Assembly (NCBI GenBank): GCA_040954595.2
Contig: CM082595.2
Location: forward strand, 705,690 to 769,689
Origin: Balanoglossus misakiensis
Lineage: Eukaryota > Animalia > Hemichordata
Reading direction: 5' to 3'
DNA: 64,000 nt
Part shown: piece after piece, positions 1 to 15,148 of the stretch
How the letters are laid out: each line of letters opens with the position of its first letter
Position numbering within the stretch: the stretch's first letter is position 1
Translations under genes and position numbers: made by a program
Notes under the pieces: model-generated
Databases searched by the model: none
What the model was told of the DNA's origin: nothing
What the model saw: only the letters and a program-made list of their open reading frames with translations

Positions 1-1208
1 ACGCCTACAATCACAGGGACAAGTCAAATCACAGCAACAAAAGAAGCCCTAAATAACAGGACACAGCTAGTGTTAACCCCTCCAAGCATAACAAATAATA
101 CAATAGCCGTACAAAAAGGAAATCAAAAAATCCTTTGTTGGTCCAGATTTCCAGTGAAAACAAGACGACCGAGCAACATTGTCCGCACCCAGTCTTAAGC
201 AAACAGATCAACAGATCTCGGATCAGACTGTTTTGTGGGACCCGGATTGAGAACAATAACTTCAGCACGTTGCTATTTTTAAGTTGCATGGTAACGCTAT
301 TTAGCAAGATGTGCCCTGGGGCACTTTTCATTCATACATAACGCTGATGCATTTAATCAAATACTCTACCTGACCCTGTTTGGCATATCTATACTCTGAT
401 ATTGGTTTAAGCTATGTACAATTCGTTCCTAACTATGACGTCACCAATGAAAATTGTGCACTGATCAAATAGTCACCTTCTCAATACAAAACGATGATAT
501 TCCAGTACTTAGTGAAAGCCATTTAAGTCCGTGGGCAAACCGAAATTCAGTTCAAGGTCCTATATATTGTATTGAATAATTTATTTATGTTACTCGTGGC
601 AGTCTATCCGATCAACTACTATTTCGCCTTTGGCTGTAATTAATTATTTATGGAGAAAATCCAAGAGAGTTTCCGTAACATTTCCTGCTGAAATATGTCG
701 ACATATGATGTTCAAACGACTAACCATTAGAGTATTCTGGGAGTACTTGTATGTGAAAAGCTAGAATTCTAACCCCATAGTGTTTACTTTTCTGAGTGAT
801 TCAGGCTTATATGGCAATCAACAACGACTGTACCTACTCTATAGTGTTTACTGCGTGTTGTTAAAAGAGAGCGTATAGTCATTTCAAAACGCCACCCCCT
901 TTCATGTTTCAACACAATGATAGTGCTCCACGTATACGTGCAAACATCCACAGACGATCAGTCCCACCAAAGTCCGCCATGAACTTTTGGCGTCAAAAAG
1001 CGACACAGCCCGATGCTGGACCAATGCGCTGTAACTGTACTTATCGTAGTTACCCCCTGTACACTTCCCCATCGAATAATCGAGCGTTCAAACGGATTGT
1101 GCTACAACGTCACCATGACAACTGCGCGGCTTAATCACGACTTTGCCTGTGGAGGACGGAGGAGGAGTATGATACCAACAAAACTGACAATTTTTGTGGT
1201 AAACTTAC

Positions 1209-1272
1209 TGTTTTTGTCTTCACGAGGGCTTCTGCCTTGATAGGAATCCCTCGGGGAACTCATTTGACTCAT
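1209..1272 (-). CDS. Candidate first coding exon of an unidentified minus-strand gene (MSQMSSPRDSYQGRSPREDKN)
   Basis: AAAATG start and consensus donor A|GTAAGT at 1208; no recognisable homology and no downstream exon found. Confidence 0.25.
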
Positions 1273-4200
1273 TTTGTCTTTTTCCGCGGCACTTTCTTCT
1301 ACCGAACGTTTCCTTTGGTCTTCTACGCTTGAAGTATATAGCAACTCGTTTTACCGTCCCACTAGAAGATTTTCATCCCATTCTCAAACATTTGTTGACC
1401 GACAGGAGAAAAAAAAATCAGAGTAAGCACAGTCTGGAAATTCTTTCAGTAGAAAATAAACAATAGCCACTCTCTAAATAACACAGGACAAAAATGTTGG
1501 AATAAGCGTGAATAACCGACACGAAGAAATTGAATAAAGGTGGTGATGTATATTGTCATGCAAATTAACAACCTTTCATTCCACAGGTAACTGTTCACCG
1601 CTACCCAGGTTACTCTGACGCCCTCTCTCAGCGCCGTTTGACGTTCAAATACCGAACTCTAGAGGGCCATTCTCTCTCTCTCTCTCTCTCTCTCGAGGGG
1701 AGATTGCTGTAAAAAGTTTTAAAAACAATCGTGAATTTAGAAACAGGTGTAGGAGGCGCTGTTAATACGGGTCTGTTAATTCAGCCACATTCTGGTCGAA
1801 TTCCCAGCAAAGACAATGTACCACAGCTGCAAAAAAATTCCATCCGGGCATTAAAGAAAATGTAGGTCGGCCATAAGTTCGAAAAGAATTTGGACTCGTC
1901 CAAGACGACCTCAGTGTTGTCACTTTCTGCTACTATGGCAAAGGTCAAAACATGAAACGTTTCTGAAATGACAATTTCATCCAAAGTGTTTTACATGCCT
2001 GGTCTCTTCTTCATTGCAGGAGCATTCTAAAGATCGTCCAGTTTCAAACTGTTGGTATAAGAAGGGTTGGACTAACAAAGTCAAAGAGGTGAGTGTCTTT
2101 CAAACACATCAAACCCAAAGATTATTGTCTTTGACTGAAATGGGAGTGCATCATATTGGGCACAAATGGCCATGGGTACGCCAAATATATTTATTGATAA
2201 AATCAGAAGGAGAGAGAGAGACGTTATATGGGAGACACAGAGGGAGAGAGAGTTCGACGAAGAGAGTCGATCATTTCATGTCTACAGTATCAATACTATA
2301 CTAAAGTTTTTAATGTATAGACTGAGTAGGATCGTGACAATCGAACGTATAAAATGTAATTACAGTTAACTTGATGTCGGTGATTTCATTTCACCCACGC
2401 ATAGTTTCAACAGGAACAATGTCACTTTGTCAGGGAACACAGCAAACTTTCTTTCATGACGTATAATTTATGGCGAACAGTTGGTCGAAGCAACGTTCGC
2501 AAAATTTTTATTGACATAATGATCAATCAACTACGAGTGTCGTCTTGACATGCGCATAGCATCACCTGTTGGTGTCTGTCTGATCTGTGTATAAATTGCA
2601 GCTGACCTTGTCTAAGTTCAACGCGAAATCTAGATGCGTGAGTTCCAAAGACCTATTTTAAGAAAATATATAGTTAACGCAGATTTGGAATTTCAAGTTA
2701 GTTTTTAATAGAGAATAATATAAAGTTGCCTTGAGCAAAATGTGAGAAAACGTTATCAATACCACCCAAAGCGTCACCTTTGACCCAGTTGAAACAACCA
2801 CGTAGCACACGTGTCAAGGTTTGAGGGCGTCCTGCCCAGGTGCGTTGTTGTTTCGACCTTGGCCTACAAACACTTTTAACACCAATGAAAGTGTAGTGCA
2901 TAATACATGTATCATAAAAGTCCGGGCATTATAGTTTCATTTACATGAATCAGTAAAGCGTAACACAACTTACGTGGGAACCCAAACAAATAAAATGTAA
3001 AACTGTGGCACTACATCTGTCTTCCTTTCTCTTCAGAAATAAAAAGACAGACAAAATGTGATTAGTTGCAAAGCGACGCAACACTTGAATGATCATCGTG
3101 TTAGTGCAATGTTCATTGAAAACTTTCAATCGCGGCAGACACAATTGACGGACAATCGAGGTTACAGAGGCATTGTGGGTTTTATCTTTTATATAGCAAG
3201 CCGCTTTTCTTCAGGTGAGACTTTTCTTCACTTAGCAGCCGGGAGTCTCGGTGCGCCCTGACCTCTGAACGCCCTAGGCAAACTTTTAAAAGCACAAAAG
3301 GGTAACGCATTTCACCCTGGGAAGATTTTATAAACCCCAGACAAGAAAACATAACACAAATGTTAACCAGAGTTCCTCCGCACACCGTGTTTTGTGTTCG
3401 GTCAACAGCCGGCATCTGTCTTCCAAACGGAATAACTTCCAAGCCCCTTACAGAAGAGGTAAGGTACGTCTTTAATGAGTGACTATTAATTAGTGACCTA
3501 TATAAATGATCTCTCCTGGCCGTAGGGTACTTCATGAATTAGAGTCTTGTAGGGAAAACACCAATGCGTCAAAAGTATGTCACAGCCTGACAGGTGTCCC
3601 GTTCCGCATCGAACTTGAATCATGACCAAACTGAAATGCAAATTGACAGAGTAAAATGAACCCAAATTGTAGAAAAGGTACCGTGAAAATATATCCAAAG
3701 CTTGCAAAAGTAATTGTGAAGTGCCAACCCCTGAGATTACTTGACTTAAATTTCTAGGTGACCACTTTGGTTCTTTTGTTAGTGACCTTGCGGCCAAATG
3801 GTTTATGAGTTCAGATTGTTTGCTGATGGTGGAAGACGATAACACTTAGAACGTCATACATTCTTAACCAGCGACAGTGTTGGAAAGTACGTCTGTCAAC
3901 TCCGACCACTTGGAGGGCAATGTAAGAGGGGTAGAGACCACTCTCTCAAGCCGGAGCTTATACATTATAGCTGTGAAGTTATGAAATTGTGAAAACGAAG
4001 GGATCGTACCACTAAAGCTGTTGGCGCTATACGGTACATGACCATTGTCGGTTTGTGAATGTAGCTAACCCAACCCTTGGCGATGTTTTGAGTCGATACT
4101 AAAGACTTATTCATATATACATGTAGTTCTTGGTCACTTTAAAGTTATCCGTGCGCATTAATATATCGATCCCCGTGATTAGGCGTAAAGTTTGGGCACT

Positions 4201-4819
4201 GCACTACATTCGTCACAAACTCAACTGATGTATTAATTTCAAGAATCATTGATGATATTTTCAAACCATGCAATTATAGTTATTGGTCCGAACACAGGGA
4301 TTATCCCAAAATTTTGAACTAATCGAGGCCCTTTCAGATATGCAAAATAATCACGCTCTGACTAATTTTTAGACTTGCTATAGAAAGACGAACAAACAGC
4401 TGTGGATAAAACATTCACACATTCTCATTATTAATTACAATTTCGACATGTGAGTAGCTGCGAGGCGTGATTTTCATGTATTATTCCATTGTCTTCTGAA
4501 ACCTTTGATGTAATTATACAATAACCAGCTGTTCAGGCTGATGTAATTGCCTTTTTGGAATGCCATATTTCAGAAAACTTTATTGATTTTTTACAGCACA
4601 TGGATATCGTGTGATAATTTAATTTCCTCGACAAAATGACCAATGGACATCTGAAGATTCACGCCTGTTTTAATGTAATATATGCAATGGAACGGATGTC
4701 AAATTGTAATTGTAGTTAATTAACTTGATATAGTAATACATGTACATCAGACAACACGTTTGTACAGGTCTGGTCGAGTCTCCCCGTGAAGTCAAAGACA
4801 CAATAGTCGGGTTGTACGC

Positions 4820-4946
4820 GAGAGACAGAGAGAAGAGAGGGGGAGAGACAAAGAGAGAGAGTCAGAGACAGACAGATGCACGTGCACACACACACACATG
4901 CACACACACAAAAACAAACACCGTCACACACACACACATACATACA
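4820..4946. repeat. Imperfect (AG)n/(CA)n microsatellite
   Basis: AG-rich then CA-rich dinucleotide tract. Confidence 0.85.
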
Positions 4947-7900
4947 CCGACTATATCGGACTAAGAAGTAGGTCTATCTGGTGATTTCATTCTTTCTCCC
5001 TCTTCAGTTGATCAACTCTTGTAATGATGACCAAGGGAAATCCTCCAAAACGTATAAACGAATCTAGAATACAGATTGAGCAGACTGTAAGTTTTAAAAT
5101 TGCAGCACACAAGGGAACTATACTAAGAAGCATCTGCGGCCAATGTAAGTGACAGAATTTATCGCTGCAGTTAAATTTTATCTCCCTGTATGCTATTCCG
5201 ATATAAATCGCGGCGACATGAATTTTGTAAATCGCGGGTTAAACATGTTAAATATCAAACCAACAAAAACCATGCTCCATTGATTCCAAAAGCATATCCT
5301 GTCAAATTGTATCAACCCTGAATTCTAGTGCCACATGTGTCTCCAACTCTACGGTCAGTGAAGCGAACTGGAAACTCACAGAATCAATTCTTGTGTGAAA
5401 CCAAAGAGAGCCGTGATTTCTCTCAATCGCCACATTTGTTTATTCTAGTGGAGAGTTGAGTTGTCAAAATTCTCTGTTGCGTACCTTGTTTAGATTTTCG
5501 TGCAAATGTATTTGCATCGCAAAGAACAGACATTGGAATTATTAGGAAGAAAGAATCACATCAGATTATTGTCTTCAATTTAAATAATAGATACTTGTCG
5601 AAACCCCCACGCCAGATTATCCCCCTCCCCTCCAAGTTCCGTAACTCCATTACACCGGTGATGTTAGAGCCACGTCACAACGACGGGAAACGCCATTATG
5701 AATGAAATGAATTCGATCCTTTATGGCTTCTGTTAGAGCCTCGTAAAAACAAAGTGATTTTTGATATCAATTTATTCTGCTGGTGCACGACACCCGTTGA
5801 ATTCTGGGAAGTCTTCTGAGTGTGGACGCACTTTCTTTCAGTTTTAATGATTTGTATTTCCGTGTTAAGTACTGGGTAGAACACAATAGATGAAAGGGAT
5901 ATTATATTTCCGGTCCTTTCGTTCATCATAAATTCAGGATGTCAAGTTTGAACAGCTTTGTCAGGGCCATTAGATAACCTGCATACTTGACACGATTGTT
6001 CGAAGCAAATGCAAAAATTCAACAAAGACATTGACCAATAAATCTGCTATGGTTGTGGGTGACACATCAGAGTGGTCACATGTCATGAAAAACCAACCAC
6101 AGTGTTCAGCAAGTAATGTTTATTGAAACAACTGTATATCGGAACTTCTCCGTCGTATAAACTATATTTTAGCGATCCCCTGTGGGTATACATCAGTCAA
6201 AATAGTCCCGTCGCTTAGAAACTTTGGTCGAATCCCGGTTTACGGGGCGATTTATGAATCATCTTCGGATTGGGGATTAGACGGATTTGCTTTGTTAGCT
6301 TTAGAAGAGTTTGCCTGGGATTAACTGAAGCCACGGGAACAAATATGGACATATGCCGACCAGGATCACGGGTCTTCAGGGAGAATATCGTCTCCTCGGT
6401 CAGGAAATTTGTCAACCGCGGTGCGTTCTCCATTCATCCCTCTTAAAACAAAATCATTTATAGACATAACTCTCACTTACTTCCCGTCTGTGGACACACA
6501 CCTCAGGCGATTTACAAGACTCCTCGTTGTCTGCAAAACGGAACAAGTTCATCGTTCAACAAATTTGCAGAAGTCAGCGAACGTGGCATTGATTGTAGTA
6601 ACGATTAAATGATCTATCATTACCTTCCAAAGAAACAGCATTCTGACAAGCGATTTTACAGCAGCGAATAGTATTAGACTCGTATGTGCATTTTATTGCC
6701 ATTATCGCCGTGTGTCATGACATGACTTCATACGGACGACAACAAATAACAAAATTCGATAAAGTTGGCGTTGGAACTCCGCGACAAATCAAATTTTGTA
6801 TACTCTCTGCATTTTTAAGGGACTTAGAAATTAAATCGCCAGTCAATTGTCGACACGTCAGAATAATTTAATCGGAACCGGTGCTACCCACTAAACCTTG
6901 AAAACGTATTTACATTTTTAGCAAGTGAGGAACTGAAAAGTATAAATAACATAGTCATGCTAAAATGTCATTGTCATTTTTGGATATTTTTCACGGGTTA
7001 TTTTTGTCAAAAATGACAAATTCTTTACTTACAAATTACTCAATACTTACTTGAAAATGTCATGACATTGACGCCATGGACACATCCAAAGAACTTCTAA
7101 GTATTGGTCATAAACATGATGATGATAATAGATTTATTGATTGACATAAATGGCAGAAATGAACTCTGATTGTCGACTGTGGCGATTTAATCAGAAAGAC
7201 ATATTTGAAAGGCAAAGTGTCTCACATATCAGTGACACGCGCTGACAGCATATTTGATTCCATCGGATTTTAATAACTGACATTCCATACTGAAGAGAGC
7301 GGTAGACCTATATTTATAGCAATGATGTGATATTGCAATATTTGGTGTCATTTACAAAAAAAATTGATGGAGGGTCGTGTTGAGTGGCAATTGACATCAA
7401 TTGCTTCACCATTAAAACAAACACTACCTTGCGTGATCTTTAATTAAAAAGTGGCGACAATGGAAACAATGGAAAAAGGAAAAAAGATACTCGACTAATT
7501 CGACCTAATATTTGACATAAATGTCAATGTATTCTTTCTCACAAAAATCAACACACCAATATTAATTGAAATGTTAGATTTGTTTATTTTATTCTCATTT
7601 GTAATAATTGTCAGTGTTGATCTTCCGCTGGAAACAAAAAGCCGTGAATTCATCCTTTCCATCGAACTGTATCTGAGTGGAGTCACATTGGAATATGGCC
7701 GCCCGTGTTTGCGATTCGCTATACTCTGTCTCACACAGCCGCATCTTGCACACTCGTCTGGCAGTCTGTAGTACTCGTAAAGATACATGTACCTCGGCGC
7801 GTACGGCATTAGAGTAAAGCTTATCTGAACACAGCCCACCTGCGTATATAACTGATTAGTCCCTTTGGGTTACAACATGACAAAATCTAACTGTTCTCCG

Positions 7901-10900
7901 CAACGAGCGAGCGCGACTATGTTACAGAAGTAAGCAAAAAGACAGGCCCTCCCAATGGACATATTTCACCGACTCATTTAATCTCGCTGTAATAATTATA
8001 AACACATCACTGTGCTAAGAACTGACGTATGTTATTTATAGATTGAGAAGAGCTTGATCTCTTGACCTTCAGTCACATATATGTGACATGCGTAGAGCAG
8101 TGGTTATCTTACCCCCAGGGTCATCTTTGTGTGACCCAGAGGATGACCCCGGTTCCTTGGTGGGCCAGAGCACAGGAGACTTGTGCACAATCACTGTGTT
8201 GTTGTGGGTAGAATGACAGGCGAATGAAAACGTCTCTCAGGACAGCGTCGTTTATAAATAAAGTGGACGAGAGGGAAAACTTGTACAGTGCTCTTCGGAT
8301 AGGGACTGGTGTGTACACAGAGAGCCTAGATGCGTGGGTTGAAATCCCCAAACGCCAATTCACTGTTTCCTCATACAGGTGATTTGAATTTCCAAGCAAG
8401 AAATGTTGTAATTGTGTATAACGGTACAAGCATACACTGACCGAGAAACATCGGTTTGTCAACATTGAGATGTCTTACACGGCACAAGGCTGATTCACTA
8501 TAATGAGCTATTCCTGGTTGGAAGTTTTACCATGATATGATTCTGTCATTTTATCAATCTTTTTCAAATCACTAAACATACCAGAGGATATGTCTTATTG
8601 TCTTAAAATGTCAAGTTTTGCTGAGCTCAATAGTTTACTACGCTTTCTGTGTGCTTCAGATGAAATGGAAGAATTTCGAACCTTCTCTCACACAAGCGTT
8701 AACTGTCGTAAAAGTACTTTTGATTTTACGACAGTGTCAGTTTCCAAGCTCGTCGCTCTCAATACAACGGCGGCAATCAACAGAACGTTATAAAAACGAA
8801 AAGCAATGCTCAGGTTTCAAATTCTGCCAGAATCGAATACTGAAAACATCGTTCCTTTTTATTGCCCTAATCAATGGGTCTAACCCGGAACGAGCCGACA
8901 GTGGTACCATAATACATTTCAATTCGATTGAAAGTAAATATACATCCCTTTGCGGGTTCAGGGATTACATGTAATATTCTGACAATCACAGTCACAGTGT
9001 GGACCACAATGTTGCTCTTTCCTCCCAATGTACATATATATAGTTGTCCTTTTCATTTGTGCCCAATGTTTAAAGATATAAAATTTTGAAGGGTAGAAAC
9101 CCCTCACAGCTAGAAATTCAGAGGGACGCGCAGAACTGCGGTCGTGGGTTCGATCCATCTTTATCGTGGTCTTAAATCCTCAAACGATTTTATCCATTTT
9201 AGTCACGCGACGATTTTGTCACGCAGTGAGGGCAGGGCAGTGAAGCAAAGGCCGGGGCGTCGAGGGCACATGAACATCCAACAAATTAAATGTCAAGATT
9301 TGGAGCTCCACGAAAAATCAGGGGCTAATCTGAATAATCTATCAATTATTTAAAGGAACTTCTTCAGGAAAGGTGACATGAATATGAAATACGGATCAAT
9401 AAAACTTGCCTTCACGGTTTACCTTCCGAGTAAAGAAACATAACCTGCTTATCGATAATTATGCAAATTCATTCAATTAATTATAAACAATATTGGAATT
9501 TCGAAATGAATCCTGCCACAACTGCAAAACTATTTTATATGCAAATATATTGCCATGATGCCGATCGAATTATTCTATTATAGCATTTCAGCAGTCTCCT
9601 TTTGTGATGTGTGACGTTCTGTGAAGGCCAACTTTAAAACAAGTAAATTCAATTGTCCATCACATATTCATTCTTTTGTTTACTTAATTCCTCTGCTGTG
9701 AATACTGTTAACTTTGAAAAAAGAGTCTTTTAACTTTCCATGGTCATCGAAAAATCATCGTTCACAGGTTTCAAGGCAATTTGCAATCCGACAAGGCATT
9801 TGTACCTTTGCCGTGATAAAAGATGACACCGGGCCATGCACCCGGATGCTCAAAAGTTAAATGCGATTAATTCCCCACGGACTCAAACTGGGGTAATCAA
9901 ATGAAAATCTGCAAAGAGCTGATGTAACAAATGATGCTTCGAACACCAAGTGTGTGTGTAGGGTCTGAATGTTGGAAACATTGATTCGTAATAATTCACA
10001 ATAATGGAATGTTCAAAGTCTAGGATCTTTTCATATTTAGACAATATTTTGCAAGTAACTTGTGCACGAATTGAATTTGTGGTTAATTTGTGAAATTTCT
10101 GGATGTGAAAAGTCAATTTCAATGATTAATATATTGATTTCACACGAAATGGTAGAAGTTTATTAAAATTTTGGACAAAGTGATTACAAAGGACACGTCA
10201 AGAAACTATGGACTTAAAATTGTAGATCGCAAGTTTTGCACGCTGACAATCGATTCTTGAATGATGTCACTGGCGTTTCGACTTCCATGCAATTGTAAAA
10301 CGGCACATTAAATTTTCATAATACAATTCAAAATTCTGAATATGTCAGAAATAATTTCCGACTGGTTTACTTTGGGTGTCTCTTCTCAATGGAGATTTGA
10401 CACCTATGATCGTACCACCGACAAGTTGTGCGGATGCTGTGGATGGCTCCATTTCGTGTTGGGGTGCAAAGCATCATCGTGGAGGGGAGTACCGTGAGTT
10501 CGCGGGCGGAGTTGGCAGGGGCCACCTCCCTAAAATTATATCATTAACTTTAAATAATAACAGCAGAACAAATAATTCAGAAAGCCTGGGACAATTTTAT
10601 TCGAATGTGAAAATGCAATACTTATTGTAGATGATGTAATGTATTAGACGATCAGGCCTGGCACCTCCCTCTTATTGGAGTGAACTCGTCCTACAGAACT
10701 AGTGTGAGGGACACTGACGGTTTCTTCGTATTTGTCACTCGTTGCAGATCTCGTATTGCCGGCACACAGTGAGCGGTTTTCGACGATAGTACTCCGTACT
10801 GGATGTGAAATCGTGCTGTTGGAGCCGACGAACTTGACATTGGAGTGAACTTGACATTGCACGGCCTCCTTTATGCTGGTTACTCAGGACTGTGGCAAGA

Positions 10901-12933
10901 ATTTCATCCGTCAGGCAAGGTTCTTACAGTTGTTATAGTAACTTTGCGCTTGTTCCTTGGTTGAAACATTTTCATAGATGAGTATAGACTGTTTTTGAAC
11001 AAAGACTGCAAAATTCATGATTTTTAGAATTTGCAGGTTTTTATTTCCTATATTTCTATCACAATCGTGTTTACCGTTCGCTTGCATATCCAGAAAACCC
11101 TTTTTCCACATATTGTTTGCAAATTGTTGCACACACCGAGAAAAGTCCAAGCAACTTGGACATTATTTTGTCTTGCAAAATCTTAGTAGACCAAGGAGAT
11201 GTCTAAACCAGGGAGAAGAGAGAGTTTTATTGCTGTATTCGGCCGCGACTGGTCTAGTATCTATCCTCTGTGCTGTTCTTCTTAACTCTGAGGCCGGCAG
11301 AGCAGATACAAGGCAGGACAGTTACTATGTTAGGCTCCGATCTACACTACTGCAAATTTAAAAATACACAACTGATTCGATTGCACTTTTCTACGAAGGG
11401 CCAAACAATAACCAATAATTACTGACCCGAAAAGATAAAGACAGGAAAAGGTTTATGGTTTATTTAGCCCGGAAAGTTTATTTATAAACAGAGAGGAGAG
11501 AACATTCTCGTGTGGTGCCTGTCTATGGATGGTACTTGCACACGCGCGGGCCAGGGACAGAGTTTTATAAATACATGTAGTGTGATGACTTGCCGTTGAC
11601 AGTGACAGTGAAGCCGTATTGGGTTTCAACTACAGCGTGATCGAATGCATCTCATATATCTCGTTACACAACTACACATTTCCCATAGCCACTGATATCG
11701 TTCAAATCTCCCATGGGCATTTTGGTCAAAATATCACACTTGCTATACGCGTACACGTGTTCAGTAACTTGTACGCCAATTTTTACGCCAGTGAAATTCA
11801 TTGATGGGTGCTTTAACCAGCAGTGTGTTGAAGGACAAAAAAGTAAACTAACTAACTAATGATAGTAACTAACAACATCATGAGCAGAAAGTATAGTAGT
11901 TACACGATTACGCGTCATAGTAGAATTTGCGTTTATACTATGTTTACAGCTGCTGTGCCAAACAAATGATTGTGAAAGTGGGTGTTTATTGCTGTGAAAA
12001 TGATAAGATACCTGTGTAATTTATAGAGTCAGTGCATGGACGGGCCTTGGGAATAAGATTCTCTCGTGACCAGTGTGTAGACTATAGCAAGATGACTTTT
12101 ATCACAGTGTCGTGTTGTATCGCCTTTCATGGCAGAAGATGAAAGAACCGGAACGCTTAGTCCGACTCAGTGACTGGAGATGATCTTATTAGTTTTCAAC
12201 GCGTGCAGAATAGTTTACTCGTACCGTACAAGATAGTTCCGATCTGGGGGAAACTGTTGCATGCGGATACTGTTCCCCGTTCAGCTACACCGCAAACCAG
12301 AACGTACACGAGAGATGCCAACACTCAAGTCAAAACTGTGTAACTCCACACTTATGCTACGATGAAATGCGTTCTAATATCCAACAGCCCTGAGTATATT
12401 TTTAGTTTGAAATAATGTTCAATTTTATCGACAGCCCACACGTTTCTGTTGGTATTAATTAGAATTTCTGAAATGACACCACCCTTCTCAGATTACTCGG
12501 CAAATATCTCTGCGCCTAAACCGGTGACAGATACATTTGGTTCATGGTCCACCCAAAAGGAGGTCAGTTCTCGCAGAAACTTAATTGTCTGCTGCAAAAA
12601 TATTTTGGGCTATTATAGGTGGGGGGGGGGGGGGGGGGGGGAGATCGTGCGTGTGATCCTACGCGGCCCAAATATATCCGCTGAGAGACACACCATCTCG
12701 CAATAATTGCAACTTCCAAACACGGATCACACGTACGATCAACGTCAGAACGTTGTCTTGTCACTTCTGTTTAATTCGCGGACGGCCGACCGGGTAGAAC
12801 TTCTCCCTCGATGGTCAAACAGACACATCTCCAGCGCATCGCCAGCACAGACAAAAACAATCTCTCTGGTGGATTGTGTCCGAACTAATCTTCAACACTC
12901 CCGTTTGACCCGTGAATTGAGTTAGCGCACAAG

Positions 12934-12943
12934 TCTCGCGAGA
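12934..12943. promoter_or_regulatory. TCTCGCGAGA palindrome (CGCG / BANP-type promoter element)
   Basis: Exact motif in a relatively CpG-rich patch 2.2 kb upstream of the first ATPase coding exon, which has a splice acceptor and so needs an upstream exon. Confidence 0.4.
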
Positions 12944-15148
12944 ATACCCATAGCAATACATCTCTTTTCTATTTAAACACACCGAGTGTGATGTTGACTC
13001 CGCAAGACATTTTCTGAACCAACTTGCTCAACGGAACGTTCTTACGCTTGTCAAGTTCGCCTGCATCTTGACCGTGGTGTGAAGGCCACCAAATTGGTGG
13101 TCTTGACCGTGGCTGGTCGATCTATACCCTCACTGACACCAAGAATGATCATTCTGTATTTGACACTTGATTCGGTGAAGGCCACGCGACAAATCACCAT
13201 GACGGCAAGAAAGTGCCGGAAAAGCAAAGCTGCCCACAGTATAAGTTTTCGAAGATCAACTTCAGCTGTGGGTCATGTGATCCAAGATAGTGACGTAAAC
13301 TATAGCTGGGCAGATACAAGTATAGTTGAAGAAAGTAAAATCTTTGCACTATTGTGATATGTGTCTCGTCGTCCAGAGGGCTACTGTCGTTCTTTATGAG
13401 GGCGTCTTAGAAGACTCTTAAACCACGCTATGTCATCTATCAACAAACAAAGACTCGACAAATGATGTCGTGTACTACAACGACACCAACCACTGTCACC
13501 AACGGCAAGGTCATATAAACACGACAAAAGTTTAACTTATTTATTAAACATGGATTTCCTGGCAAGGGTAGGAACACGTAATAGATACAAGCTTCATTTG
13601 AAACCATTCAGTGTCTTGGAACAATTGTAATAAAACGTCGTCGACATACTGATGATACAGTGAAATAGTTGTACCCTACACATGAGGTCAGGAACTGTGT
13701 AAAGGATCGAAGGTAATTGATTTCAGGGGCAAATAAATATAGACACTTGACTGTGGCAATCTGCCTCCGTGGCAGTAAAGTACAGGCAGTCATTTTACTA
13801 GCCGATCCTATTTTATGTCTTCTTTTATTGTGTGTAAATAAACTAAATTTGCACCATTTAATAAGTCGGAGTTGAGGCGCGTACAAGTCAGAATGCGAGG
13901 CCCGGGCGTCATTGCCCTTGGTGCTCTAACTCTGTTGATGTATGGTTATAGTTATTATGAGCATTGTAAATCAGGATAAAGAATGATAGGATCGACTGCG
14001 TGTTTGCACGCACGTGTGTCTATGTAGTGTACCCAATTTGAGGATTGATGATGCTATCAAAGTTTGTACCTGTACTGGGACTGCGTGACAAAGGATGTTG
14101 GTGCAGAAGCAAAACTGTTTTGCTCGATAAAGGAAACAGGGTAATATTTTGGCAGAGGAGACACCTTCTTGAATCGTCCTAGCTGTGCGAGTCGATGTCT
14201 TGTTTTTACATTATAGAATAGAATAGAAAATAATGCTCCTCGCCCAGTTGATGACGTCAGAGTAATCTGTTACCCAAATAAAGAGGTCTCCAACTTTTAT
14301 TAAGGGCATAAATTGACAAATTGTGGCTTCGTGGCTGTAAATTCATTCAGCATTGTCAAAGGTTAATCACCTTTCAAGTATTCTTCCATTTCGTCCGAAA
14401 TAAGACTCTCTTTCTAATTGTGACCCTTGACCGACAGAGGGTCTACTTCAGAGTACTTACGTGACTTTAATGGCTTTTCAAGAGTTTTGATAAGTTTGGA
14501 AGGGGGTGTGGGTGACGTGGAAAGATTATTAAGTGGGTCTAGATCTGCCACTTGGCTAGTCCGCAGAAAGTTCTCCAAGATGTCTGAAATTAATGACTTG
14601 GGCTGTAATTTGCCTTCGTCCAAAGACTACAAATGATTGTCTTCCTTCGATATATCTGTTTAGCCACTACAAGAGGTGAATAAGACGGCCACTTTTCAAT
14701 CTATGACTGTAGGAGTCATCGTTTTTTGTCGTTTGATAACCGTCTTTTTATATAAAAAAGGGTTGTGTAGCTCATTGCGCGATCCAAAAGATTTTCTGCG
14801 ACGTGAATTGGGTGAAACAGAATAAAGACCTGAACTCCAAACGTGACAAACTAATCAGGTCACAACATGTCAGAAATTTCTGTCAACGTTAATGCAGGAT
14901 GGAGTATCTGCTGACTATATGTTGATAGGAATCTTGACAAGTGTGAACGATGACATGGACAGGATGTGAGTGGAAATACATTTTTACCGATGTGGCCAAA
15001 CTATAAATTCAACAAAGCATGACAATACATTCGACATCACAATGACACAAAATGAAGTAAAAGGGAAAAGAATGGCGTTTTGATTTTTGTACAAGTGAGT
15101 TTATGCTAATGACGATTTATTTTCTTCTATCCACAGATTACTAGCTGG

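Noticed and set aside
3182-3845. Overlapping minus-strand ORFs of 115-117 aa
   Set aside because: No recognisable motif and no convincing splice structure; possibly a decayed repeat.
6215-6433. 72-aa ATG-initiated minus-strand ORF
   Set aside because: No homology or motif recognised; length is within chance expectation.
9798-9860. Kunitz-like fragment ICTFAVIKDDTGPCTRMLKS*
   Set aside because: Only the first two cysteines, wrong spacing, immediate stop; too short to support.
15095-15136. 42-bp intron upstream of the ATPase start exon
   Set aside because: A GTGAGT donor is present, but the intron would be much shorter than any other in this window; the upstream exon is left undetermined.
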